Of a stretch of DNA of 37,744 bases, positions 8,069 through 15,307 are shown piece after piece. The position numbers and the translations under genes were made by a program. The notes under the pieces are model-generated. The model did not search any database, was not told the DNA's origin, and saw only the letters and a list, made by a program, of their open reading frames with translations. Origin of the DNA: a virus. The stretch is taken from positions 1 to 37,744 of IMG/VR virus record IMGVR_UViG_3300010033_000003; one strand, 5' to 3'. The first letter of the stretch is position 1; the number at the start of each line of letters is the position of its first letter.

Positions 8069-8100
8069 CAAAGATAAAACAAAAAAATTAAAAAAACAAA
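8069..8100 (-). promoter_or_regulatory. Leftward Bacteroidota-type promoter
   Basis: On the minus strand: TTTG-N20-TATCTTTG (TAnnTTTG), about 22 nt upstream of the ATG at 8046. Confidence 0.6.
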
Positions 8101-8120
8101 TAAAAAAAGTTTATAAATTA

Positions 8121-8151
8121 TTTGGTGGTAAATAAAAAAGTATTACATTTG
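8121..8151 (+). promoter_or_regulatory. Rightward Bacteroidota-type promoter for the replication module
   Basis: TTTG (8121-8124), a 19-nt spacer, then TACATTTG (8144-8151). Confidence 0.65.
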
Positions 8152-8155
8152 TAGT

Positions 8156-8166
8156 GAATCAAATTT
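8156..8166. repeat. Right arm of the 11-bp inverted repeat (GAATCAAATTT)
   Basis: Perfect reverse complement of 8054-8064. Confidence 0.7.
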
Positions 8167-8177
8167 TTATTTTAATT

Positions 8178-8750
8178 ATGAAAGCAAATATTCAAAAACA
8201 AAACGACTTTTTACCTACAGGTTACAGAGTACCTGACAAGAAAGACCAGTTCATGAAACTTTCAGTTGGTGAAAATAATGTTCGAGTTTTATCAACTCCT
8301 ATTATGGGTTATGTAGTTTTCAATGAAGACAAGCAGCCTATTCGTAGAAACATGGAAGCAGGAGACTTCACAAATGAAGATCTTGAAAAATTAAGAGCAA
8401 AACGTGGTGAAGACGGAAAATTTGAAGGCTCTCGTCACTTTTGGTTAATGCTTGTTTGGGATTACAACACCAATACACCTAAAATTCTTGAGGTGAAGCA
8501 AGTTTCTATTTTGAAAGCAATGTACGCGCTTTTCAACAATGAAAAATGGGGTGATCCTCGTAGTTATGATATCAATATCAATCGCGAGGGAACAGGTAAA
8601 ACAGATACTAAATTTACCGTAACTCCTGAACCACCTAGTGAACCTGCAAAGAGTATTATTCAAACTCTTGAGCAAATCGAGAAAAAGCAGCTTTGTCGAT
8701 TAGAAGCTATTTGGGAAAACGAGTATCCATTTGAACTTTATAATTTTTAA
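8178..8750 (+). CDS. Putative ssDNA-binding protein
   Basis: ATG at 8178; the track start at 8154 is GTG inside the leader. First gene of the replication operon, next to an exonuclease. The acidic/aromatic C-terminal tail ENEYPFELYNF is typical of SSB tails. No firm family motif. Confidence 0.4.
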   Translation: MKANIQKQNDFLPTGYRVPDKKDQFMKLSVGENNVRVLSTPIMGYVVFNEDKQPIRRNMEAGDFTNEDLEKLRAKRGEDGKFEGSRHFWLMLVWDYNTNTPKILEVKQVSILKAMYALFNNEKWGDPRSYDININREGTGKTDTKFTVTPEPPSEPAKSIIQTLEQIEKKQLCRLEAIWENEYPFELYNF

Positions 8751-8753
8751 ACT

Positions 8754-9974
8754 ATGAACCAATTTTTAAAAAACGCACAAGCCTTCGATATGGAGGCTGT
8801 GCTTAACGCAGAAGAGGCAAAAGTAGAATCTTTTAATTCTACACTTGAGTACACAAGACCTTTGGGAGAATATCCAACAGTTAGTGAAATTGTTAATTTC
8901 TTACAAAATAGAAAACGCAATATTCACGTTTACACGGACGATATTAGATCAAATGGTATTGTTGTACAGGACGACATGAGAAAGTACCTAGAATCTCCTA
9001 ATTTGAGCTCTGGGACTATCAAGAAGGCATTAAATACAATGCTACATTATGAATTTGAAAAAAATTGCCGTAAAAAGCTTGAAGCTTTACAAGGTGAAAA
9101 AGATCATTTCAAATTGGGTACTTACCTTCATGAATGTGTACTTGAACCTACTAAATTTTCGCGTGTAATTGTTGAACCGAAAGCTTCACGAGCAAACAAT
9201 AGTGATTTAGATATGCTTTGTGATTTTTGGGAAGAAACTATACGTGATAAAGGTGAAGTTTTTCCAGAAGGTTCAGCGCCAATACAAGCAGAAGAAGCGA
9301 TCGAAAAAGCTTACAAAGATACTGTTAAAGATATCGACAAGCGCGACGGAAAGAAAGAATACTTGAATAACTTGATTCAAATTTCTGGTTTACGCGTTGT
9401 AAGTGAAGATATGAAAATGATTATCGATATCGCTCATTCAAATTACATGCGTTACGGTAATGGTATTCTTCCTGAATTGTTGAAACATTCAAAGCGTGAA
9501 ATTTCAATGTACGTGAAAGATGAAGAAACAGGTCTTGACGTTAAAATTCGACCTGATGCCATCCAATTCGCTGAAAACATTGGTGTAGATGCTATCATTT
9601 CGGTAAAAACTACATCATGCGAAACACTTGGACACTTTTACTATCATTCAGCAAAGTTGAATTATGAAACAAGTGAAGGAATGTATCAAGAGGTAGCTAG
9701 TAAAGCAACTGGTAGAGATTTTGCCACTACTTTAATGATCATGATTCAAACTGTTCCTCCTTATGGAGTAGCTTTGTTGAAATGGAATCCCGAAGATATA
9801 GAGATAGGGAAACATAAATATCGCCACGCTTTACAATCTATCGCAGATGCGGACTTTTCAAAAGTTGTACCTAGTTTCGATATGTACGCTGAACAAGGTC
9901 ACTTTGGAATCATTGAAATGAAGCAACCTGACTGGAACAAAAAGAACATTCACCCAGTAGACGTAAACGATTAA
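8754..9974 (+). CDS. PD-(D/E)XK (RecB/Cas4-like) exonuclease
   Basis: GTYLHECVLEP, then IRPDAI...VDAIISVKTT (D...D/ExK), then a tyrosine-rich tail segment SAKLNYETSEGMYQEV. Confidence 0.6.
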   Translation: MNQFLKNAQAFDMEAVLNAEEAKVESFNSTLEYTRPLGEYPTVSEIVNFLQNRKRNIHVYTDDIRSNGIVVQDDMRKYLESPNLSSGTIKKALNTMLHYEFEKNCRKKLEALQGEKDHFKLGTYLHECVLEPTKFSRVIVEPKASRANNSDLDMLCDFWEETIRDKGEVFPEGSAPIQAEEAIEKAYKDTVKDIDKRDGKKEYLNNLIQISGLRVVSEDMKMIIDIAHSNYMRYGNGILPELLKHSKREISMYVKDEETGLDVKIRPDAIQFAENIGVDAIISVKTTSCETLGHFYYHSAKLNYETSEGMYQEVASKATGRDFATTLMIMIQTVPPYGVALLKWNPEDIEIGKHKYRHALQSIADADFSKVVPSFDMYAEQGHFGIIEMKQPDWNKKNIHPVDVND

Positions 9975-9978
9975 TCAT

Positions 9979-10004
9979 AGCCCCTTTATTGGGGCTTTAT
10001 TTTA
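9979..10004 (+). terminator. Rho-independent terminator
   Basis: AGCCCC-TTTATT-GGGGCT followed by TTATTTT. Confidence 0.7.
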
Positions 10005-10047
10005 AACATAATTTAACCGCCTCTTTAAAGAGGATTAATCAAACACT

Positions 10048-10167
10048 ATGGAAACAATAATTGGAAAAACACATTTAGAATTCATACAATACGCAAACCA
10101 ATATCCTAACGTAGTTTATAGATGGGATTCGGAAAAAGAAATAGGTTACATCTTAAAAAAGTTTTAA
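10048..10167 (+). CDS. Candidate 39-aa ORF
   Basis: METIIGKTHLEFIQYANQYPNVVYRWDSEKEIGYILKKF. Its stop is 1 nt before the next ATG. Absent from the ORF track. Confidence 0.35.
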   Translation: METIIGKTHLEFIQYANQYPNVVYRWDSEKEIGYILKKF

Positions 10168-10168
10168 A

Positions 10169-10579
10169 ATGGATTATTCAAAAAAAACTCTTTCGCAACT
10201 ACAAGCTGAATTAGATAGACTCTTTTCTCTATACGTTAGACAGCTTCACGCGGACGATCGCGGCTTTGTCCGATGCATAACATGTAATTTTGAAGATCAT
10301 TGGAGAAACGTCGACGCAGGACACTTTATATCTAGAAAGTTCTTGAAAACAAGATTCAGCCTTTTAAATGTTTATCCACAATGTAGAGTTTGTAATCGAC
10401 ACAAAGACGGTGACGAAATTCGATACCGAAAAAAGTTAATTCAATTACATGGAGAACAAGAGGTAAAAAATCTTGAAGAAATCTCAAAGAGAACTTTTAA
10501 AATGGATAGAGTCGATTATATAACAGGTATCGAAATAATAAAAAATAAGCTCAAAGATAAAGGCTTCAAGATTAGATAA
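10169..10579 (+). CDS. ninG: NinG/Rap-like recombination endonuclease
   Basis: CITCNF...DAGHFISRKF...NVYPQCRVCNRHKDG matches the NinG Cys/His pattern. Confidence 0.6.
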   Translation: MDYSKKTLSQLQAELDRLFSLYVRQLHADDRGFVRCITCNFEDHWRNVDAGHFISRKFLKTRFSLLNVYPQCRVCNRHKDGDEIRYRKKLIQLHGEQEVKNLEEISKRTFKMDRVDYITGIEIIKNKLKDKGFKIR

Positions 10580-10583
10580 AATT

Positions 10584-10612
10584 TCCCTAGTTAAAATCTA
10601 GGGATTTTTTTT
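10584..10612 (+). terminator. Rho-independent terminator
   Basis: TCCCTAG-TTAAAAT-CTAGGGA followed by T8. Confidence 0.75.
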
Positions 10613-10634
10613 ATTAAAATTTTCACGTTAAAGA

Positions 10635-10666
10635 TTTGCACTAGTTAAAAAAAATAACTTACTTTG
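10635..10666 (+). promoter_or_regulatory. Near-consensus Bacteroidota-type promoter
   Basis: TTTG-N20-TTACTTTG, with one mismatch in the -7 box. Confidence 0.5.
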
Positions 10667-10690
10667 ATGTAAATATTAAAATTATAAATT

Positions 10691-10909
10691 ATGCCTAAAA
10701 GAATTAAAAAAGGTGAAGTACCTAAAAACGATTTAATAGCAAAATCAGCACTAGCAAAAAAATTAGGAATTAGTCCTGTAGCTATTCAGAATAGAGTTAA
10801 TAGAGGAACTTTGCACATTTACAAGGAAATTCCTGGTATCGAATTAATTTACGTTGAAAATCTTCATGATTGGATTCAAGAACAGATTAAAATCAAAAAC
10901 AATGGCTAA
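10691..10909 (+). CDS. Small HTH DNA-binding protein
   Basis: LAKKLGISPVAIQNRVNRGTL helix-turn-helix. Confidence 0.55.
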   Translation: MPKRIKKGEVPKNDLIAKSALAKKLGISPVAIQNRVNRGTLHIYKEIPGIELIYVENLHDWIQEQIKIKNNG

Positions 10910-11756
10910 AGACAAAAAATCTTTCGTCTTGTACGCAGATCAAAAAAGCGTTGTCGATATGTTGCCCGATGAAATTGCAGGAAAGCTTTTAAAGCATATT
11001 TTCGCTTACGTAAACGATGAAAATCCTGTAAGTGATGATATGATGGTAAATTTAGCTTTCGAGCCGATTAAACAGCAGCTAAAGCGCGATTTGAAAAAGT
11101 ACGAATCTGCTATAGAGAGAAAAGAACAAGGCGCAAAAATTGGAAATCTCAAAAGATGGCACCCTGATATATATCTTCGATATGAGAATGGTGAAGTATC
11201 TTTTGAAGAGGCTTTGAAAATCGCTAAGGATCGCAAAGAATCAAATAGCGATAGCAAAACATCGCATACCGATCGCATAGCGATAGTTACCGATGAGTTA
11301 CCGATCGCAGACCGATCGCATAGCGATAGTGAGCGATCAGATAGCGAAACTAAGCAATCGCATACGATCGCTTCTATCGCTGATAATGTTAATGATAATG
11401 TTAATGTAAATGATAATGTTAATGTTAATGTTAATGATATTAAAAAGGATAATAAGGGGAAAACAAGTTTTCCAACTACACCTAAAAAAAGAAATATTTT
11501 TTCTAAACCTTCTCTTGAAGAAGTTAAAGCTTATTGTCAAGAAAGAAAAAACGACGTGGACGCGCAAAGATTTGTCGATTTTTACGAGTCTAAAGGTTGG
11601 ATGGTAGGCAAAAATAAAATGAAAGACTGGAAAGCCGCCGTCAGAAATTGGGAACGAGGAGAAAATAAAACCAGACCAGAGGTTAAAAAACTGGCTAAAG
11701 AATTTGGATTACAAACCGCAAAAAACAGAATAGGATATGCAAGCGATAAATTTTGA
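10902..11756 (+). CDS. Replication initiator / replisome-organizer-like protein
   Basis: Start MAKDKKSF. The N- and C-terminal domains are joined by a low-complexity linker encoded by the iteron DNA. The C-terminus has FVDFYESKGWMVGKNKMKDWKAAVRNWE. Lies upstream of a DnaC-like loader. Confidence 0.5.
   Translation: MAKDKKSFVLYADQKSVVDMLPDEIAGKLLKHIFAYVNDENPVSDDMMVNLAFEPIKQQLKRDLKKYESAIERKEQGAKIGNLKRWHPDIYLRYENGEVSFEEALKIAKDRKESNSDSKTSHTDRIAIVTDELPIADRSHSDSERSDSETKQSHTIASIADNVNDNVNVNDNVNVNVNDIKKDNKGKTSFPTTPKKRNIFSKPSLEEVKAYCQERKNDVDAQRFVDFYESKGWMVGKNKMKDWKAAVRNWERGENKTRPEVKKLAKEFGLQTAKNRIGYASDKF
11245..11440. other. Putative origin of replication: iterons plus an AT-rich hexamer array inside the initiator gene
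   Basis: The 20-bp ACCGATCGCATAGCGATAGT is perfectly repeated at 11268-11287 and 11311-11330. There are extra ATCGCATA / ATAGCGAT cores in both orientations, then (GTTAAT/GATAAT)n at 11383-11437. Confidence 0.55.
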
Positions 11757-12432
11757 AAAGATGTTACAATGTGCCAAAAATCTTGCTAAAAAAGCAAAAG
11801 AAAGGCAATTAAGACCTTTTTTTAAAGGTTGTTCGGTAGAAATGTTTAGAGAGCTTTTTATAGCTTATGCAAATGTAGAGCTTTCAAAGCGTGACCCAAA
11901 CTCTGAATTTATTATCGATGATGATAATAGAGATGTTATAAATCAGCTTTATTTCTACATGATTGGAAGCGATAAATACGAAGGAAACTTGAATAAAGGA
12001 ATTCTTTTGCTTGGTAATCTTGGAAGTGGTAAAACTATCATCATGCAAACTTTCGTCAATGTTTGGAATGATATCAGCTTACAATCTGGATACAACAAGG
12101 TTATAAAATCATGTTCAGCAGTAAAGATCGTTGATTTGATTTCTCAAAAAAAGCTAAGCGATCAAGATGCAATGTTAAAAGATCAAATGTACAATGCTGC
12201 ATTCTTTGTTGATGATATTGGGAAAGAAAAATTAAAAGTAGTAAACTACGGTACTGAGGAATTTCCGCTTATCGATATGTTTTTGAAGCGATACGATAAA
12301 GGATGTGTTACTTTCGCTACTGGAAATTATAAGATCGCTACTTTGACAGAATTGTACGGTGAAACCGTAGCAGATCGTTTAATAGAATTGTTTCATACTC
12401 TTGTTTTAAAGGGTGATAGTCGTAGAAAATAA
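11737..12432 (+). CDS. DnaC/IstB-like AAA+ helicase loader
   Basis: Walker A LLLGNLGSGKT and Walker B AAFFVDDIGKE. Confidence 0.65.
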   Translation: MQAINFEKMLQCAKNLAKKAKERQLRPFFKGCSVEMFRELFIAYANVELSKRDPNSEFIIDDDNRDVINQLYFYMIGSDKYEGNLNKGILLLGNLGSGKTIIMQTFVNVWNDISLQSGYNKVIKSCSAVKIVDLISQKKLSDQDAMLKDQMYNAAFFVDDIGKEKLKVVNYGTEEFPLIDMFLKRYDKGCVTFATGNYKIATLTELYGETVADRLIELFHTLVLKGDSRRK

Positions 12433-12448
12433 ATTAAAATTTAATAAC

Positions 12449-12661
12449 ATGAATAAGAGAAAATTATCCCGTTTAGGTTTTTTAGTTTTAGTAATTCAAG
12501 TATTATTCTTGTTTGGTTTAATGTTAACATCTTGTGAAAAAACTTATTTGGATCAAGAGGAATTGGATAGAGTTTCCAAAACTAAAAAAGACACCACTCA
12601 AAAAGGTGGTGGAATTACTTTTGAAGAATGGAATAAGGACACAACTGAAGTAAAATTTTAG
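12449..12661 (+). CDS. Small lipoprotein (70 aa)
   Basis: MNKRKLSRLGFLVLVIQVLFLFGLMLTS|C has an LTSC lipobox. Confidence 0.55.
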   Translation: MNKRKLSRLGFLVLVIQVLFLFGLMLTSCEKTYLDQEELDRVSKTKKDTTQKGGGITFEEWNKDTTEVKF

Positions 12662-12662
12662 T

Positions 12663-14123
12663 ATGGAAAAAATAACTAAAAATGTTGTCTTCAAGCCTAA
12701 TAATAAAAAGCAGGTACAGTTTATAGATACTGTAATGAAGGCAGAACATACAGTTTTCTTATTTGGTGGTGCAATTCGTGGTGGCAAGACTTTCGTAGTC
12801 TTGTGCATCACGATTTTACTTTGTAAGATTTTTCCAGGGTCTAGATGGGTAATAGTGCGAAAAGATTTGAAAAGACTACGTGAAAATACAAGACCTTCAC
12901 TAAATAAGTTTATAACTGGTGTAGACGTAAAAATTAATGAACAACACCAAACTTTTATGTTTCCAAACGGTTCAATGATCATGTTTAAAGGTGAAAACTA
13001 TGATCGAGATAAAACGTTAGAATCATTTAAAGGACTAGAAACAAACGGTTTTATACTTGAAGAGGTTTCGGAAATTAGAGAGGTAACATATTACAAATGT
13101 ATCGAGCGTGCGGGCTCTTATATCATCCCAAACGTACCACTTGATAAGCAGCCGCCTCCATTGGTTTTAATGACTTGTAACCCTACGCAAACTTGGGTAA
13201 AACAATTGATTTATGATCCTTGGAAACTTGATCAAGAATTGATTCAGAAAAATGCAAAGCCGAAACATTTGCCGAAACACGTTTATTATTTGCCTTCATA
13301 TGTAACCGATAATGAAGCAAACTTAACAAAGTCATATTTAGAAAATATCAAGAATATGCCTCTTTATGAATACGAGGTGTTTGTTTTGGGGAACTGGGAC
13401 GTGGTTTTAAAGACCTCAAATGCTTTTTGGCATCAGTTTACTATGGATCAAGTAAAAGGTGTCTTCTATGATCCCGAAACGACTGTGCACGTTTCCATCG
13501 ATGCGAACAGTTTGCCTTATTGCTCAGCTTCATTCTGGCAGGTGTACCCAAAACAAAAGAAATTGGTACAGTTTCACGAAATTGCCGCTTCAGATCCAAA
13601 TAATCATGCTAGCGGTTTAGGTCGATTGGTTGCAGAATATTTGAATGAAGTTGAATACGCGGATGTTTTATACATTTACGGCGATGCTTCTACAAAGAAT
13701 CAAAACACAATTGATCCTGACAAAAAATCATTCTTTGATTTGTTTCTAGAACAATTAGCCTCAGAATTTAAAACAATCGATGAAATTGCACAATCAAATC
13801 CTAGAATTGCTAAAACAGGAGAATTTGTGAACGCACTTCACGCGGGTTATGATGGATGGAAATTAATAATCGGAGAAACATGCAAATACTCGATTTCAGA
13901 TTACATGAGTGTTAAAAAAGCGATGGACGGAACAATGGAGAAAAAGAGGGAAACCGATGATGAAGGTAGTAGTTACGAAAAACACGGTCACTTTTCAGAT
14001 TGTAAAAGATATCTATGCCACCGATTAATAAATGATGTGTTTCATAAATGGGATGGTCGTTTTTCTGAACCTTCTGAACCTTTGTCGGTCGATCCTTTTG
14101 AAGACTATGAAGAAAGTTATTGA
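12663..14123 (+). CDS. terL: Terminase large subunit
   Basis: Walker A FGGAIRGGKT, Walker B GFILEEVSE, coupling motif MTCNP, and a C-terminal nuclease-like VSIDANS...GDAS. Confidence 0.85.
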   Translation: MEKITKNVVFKPNNKKQVQFIDTVMKAEHTVFLFGGAIRGGKTFVVLCITILLCKIFPGSRWVIVRKDLKRLRENTRPSLNKFITGVDVKINEQHQTFMFPNGSMIMFKGENYDRDKTLESFKGLETNGFILEEVSEIREVTYYKCIERAGSYIIPNVPLDKQPPPLVLMTCNPTQTWVKQLIYDPWKLDQELIQKNAKPKHLPKHVYYLPSYVTDNEANLTKSYLENIKNMPLYEYEVFVLGNWDVVLKTSNAFWHQFTMDQVKGVFYDPETTVHVSIDANSLPYCSASFWQVYPKQKKLVQFHEIAASDPNNHASGLGRLVAEYLNEVEYADVLYIYGDASTKNQNTIDPDKKSFFDLFLEQLASEFKTIDEIAQSNPRIAKTGEFVNALHAGYDGWKLIIGETCKYSISDYMSVKKAMDGTMEKKRETDDEGSSYEKHGHFSDCKRYLCHRLINDVFHKWDGRFSEPSEPLSVDPFEDYEESY

Positions 14124-14127
14124 TTTT

Positions 14128-14158
14128 TTTGCATTTATAAGGATAATTTGTATATTTG
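14128..14158 (+). promoter_or_regulatory. Consensus Bacteroidota-type promoter, 5 nt after the terL stop
   Basis: TTTG (14128-14131), a 19-nt spacer, then TATATTTG (14151-14158). Confidence 0.65.
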
Positions 14159-14164
14159 TACAAA

Positions 14165-14254
14165 GTGATAGCAAAAATTGTTCATAGTTATTTTGTTTTT
14201 TGGTTAAAGTGGCGGGTAGTCGTTGTAGGTGCCCGCCCACAAAAAATTTTTTAA
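14165..14254 (+). ncRNA. Candidate ~85-90 nt small RNA, or alternatively a leaderless 29-aa hydrophobic micro-ORF
   Basis: Bounded by the promoter above and a GC hairpin plus A6T6. A GTG-initiated frame reads VIAKIVHSYFVFWLKWRVVVVGARPQKIF. Confidence 0.3.
14209..14252 (+). terminator. GC-rich hairpin plus an A6T6 tract
   Basis: GGCGGG (14211-14216) pairs with CCCGCC (14232-14237). Flanking pairs are extendable. It is followed by AAAAAATTTTTT. Confidence 0.4.
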
Positions 14255-14335
14255 TTGTTATGTTTTTATTATTCAGTGGTAAAGTCAACCCTCAAGACTT
14301 TAAGATCTCCCAAATAACGCGGTAAATAGCTCAAT

Positions 14336-14409
14336 AGTCCATTGGCTCAGTTGGTTAGAGTACTAGGTTGTCAGCCTAGGGATCACGGGTTCGAGTCCCG
14401 TATGGACTG
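14336..14409 (+). tRNA. tRNA-Asp (anticodon GTC)
   Basis: Folded by hand. Acceptor AGTCCAT/ATGGACT; D arm GCTC/GAGT; anticodon arm CTAGG-TTGTCAG-CCTAG with GTC at 14370-14372; 5-nt variable loop; T arm ACGGG-TTCGAGT-CCCGT; discriminator G. CCA is not encoded. Confidence 0.9.
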
Positions 14410-14411
14410 CT

Positions 14412-14485
14412 AAAGAACCTTTTTTTAAAAACTGAGTGCGAAAGTGGATAATTCCATTTAGTAGCACTCCACTGGTTCTTTTTAA
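14412..14485 (+). ncRNA. Nested-helix RNA element / long-range terminator after the tRNA
   Basis: Outer helix AAAGAACC (14412-14419) with GGTTCTTT (14474-14481), then T-rich sequence. Inner helix GAGTGC (14434-14439) with GCACTC (14464-14469). Competing helices AGTGGA/TCCACT and TGGA/TCCA. Confidence 0.4.
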
Positions 14486-14502
14486 TATTAAAAATAATAA
14501 AT

Positions 14503-14781
14503 ATGTACAAAACATATAAAGAACAAGAGACTCACGGAAAACTAAATGGTAGAATAATAAGGTATCTATTAGATAGTTATTTGATTGGTGTTATAGAATT
14601 TAGAGCTCCACATAAGCAATACAAAGATGAATTTACAATAAAGACAATACATAAAAAAGCTTTTAGTAGAAGATTCTTAATTACAAAGCTCAGAATAGAA
14701 ACACCAAAAGAAGTGTACAAGAGAGCTGAGAAGTGGTTAGAAAAAAGAATGGTAAAAAACGAGTTTGATAAATATTTTTAA
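14503..14781 (+). CDS. Hypothetical basic protein (92 aa)
   Basis: Clean ORF in the island, K/R-rich, with no motif recognised. Confidence 0.6.
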   Translation: MYKTYKEQETHGKLNGRIIRYLLDSYLIGVIEFRAPHKQYKDEFTIKTIHKKAFSRRFLITKLRIETPKEVYKRAEKWLEKRMVKNEFDKYF

Positions 14782-14786
14782 AAACA

Positions 14787-14814
14787 CTCAAGAGTCACGA
14801 GAAGAGGTTGACTC
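14787..14814 (+). promoter_or_regulatory. Hairpin A of a covarying 5'-UTR hairpin family
   Basis: CTCAAGA flank. Stem GAGTCA/TGACTC, loop CGAGAAGAGGT. 27 nt upstream of the ATG at 14842. Confidence 0.5.
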
Positions 14815-14841
14815 ATCCATTAATAATTAAAATCAATCAAA

Positions 14842-15117
14842 ATGGAAAATGCAAAACAAATGAAAGAATTAAGCTTGAGAAGTGCAAGCGGTAGAGTAGA
14901 TGACATGATTCATGATTCTGCCAATAAAGGTTTTAATCATTGTGATATTAATTTCATATTATCTAAAGATAAAATAATTGAATTGGTTGATCTTGGTTAT
15001 ATAATTGACTGCAAAGATGAATCTTTTTATAAATCAAATGAATATTTTTACAAACCAGATGGATATAAATCTTATTTACCTTCAAGAGATAAAAAAGTTT
15101 TGAGAATTGAATGGTAG
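14842..15117 (+). CDS. Hypothetical protein (91 aa)
   Basis: Clean ORF with no motif recognised. Confidence 0.6.
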   Translation: MENAKQMKELSLRSASGRVDDMIHDSANKGFNHCDINFILSKDKIIELVDLGYIIDCKDESFYKSNEYFYKPDGYKSYLPSRDKKVLRIEW

Positions 15118-15123
15118 AAACAC

Positions 15124-15145
15124 AGCCCCTTAACGGGGGCTTATT
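15124..15145 (+). terminator. Rho-independent terminator (weak T tract)
   Basis: AGCCCC-TTAACG-GGGGCT followed by TATTT. Confidence 0.55.
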
Positions 15146-15148
15146 TCG

Positions 15149-15176
15149 CTCAAGATCTACGAGAAGTGGTTAGATC
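15149..15176 (+). promoter_or_regulatory. Hairpin B of the covarying hairpin family
   Basis: CTCAAGA flank. Stem GATCTA/TAGATC, loop CGAGAAGTGGT. Three stem pairs differ from hairpin A and all are compensated. Confidence 0.5.
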
Positions 15177-15307
15177 AAATTTAAAAATTAAAACCATGGG
15201 AACTGATATTTAAAATTCAGGACTAGTAATCCGATTAGGTTTTAAAAATCCTCTTCCCCGCCATCATTAAGATGTAAGTGCAAAGGGGCGAATTTTAAAG
15301 GCACAAC

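Noticed and set aside
11383-11437. Hexamer array as a possible CRISPR or minisatellite
   Set aside because: The units are 6 nt with no spacers and are in-frame coding (NVN repeats). It fits the AT-rich unwinding part of an origin.
14412-14481. A second tRNA immediately after tRNA-Asp
   Set aside because: An 8-bp acceptor-like helix exists. However, no D arm, 7-nt anticodon loop or T-loop (TTCRA) can be drawn, so it is treated as a structured element or terminator.
15180-15307. The rest of the 238-nt gap as a protein-coding or tRNA-like gene
   Set aside because: Only 5- to 10-codon ORFs occur on either strand (MGTDI, MMAGKRIFKT), and no cloverleaf can be drawn. It is kept only as unexplained non-coding sequence within the island finding.
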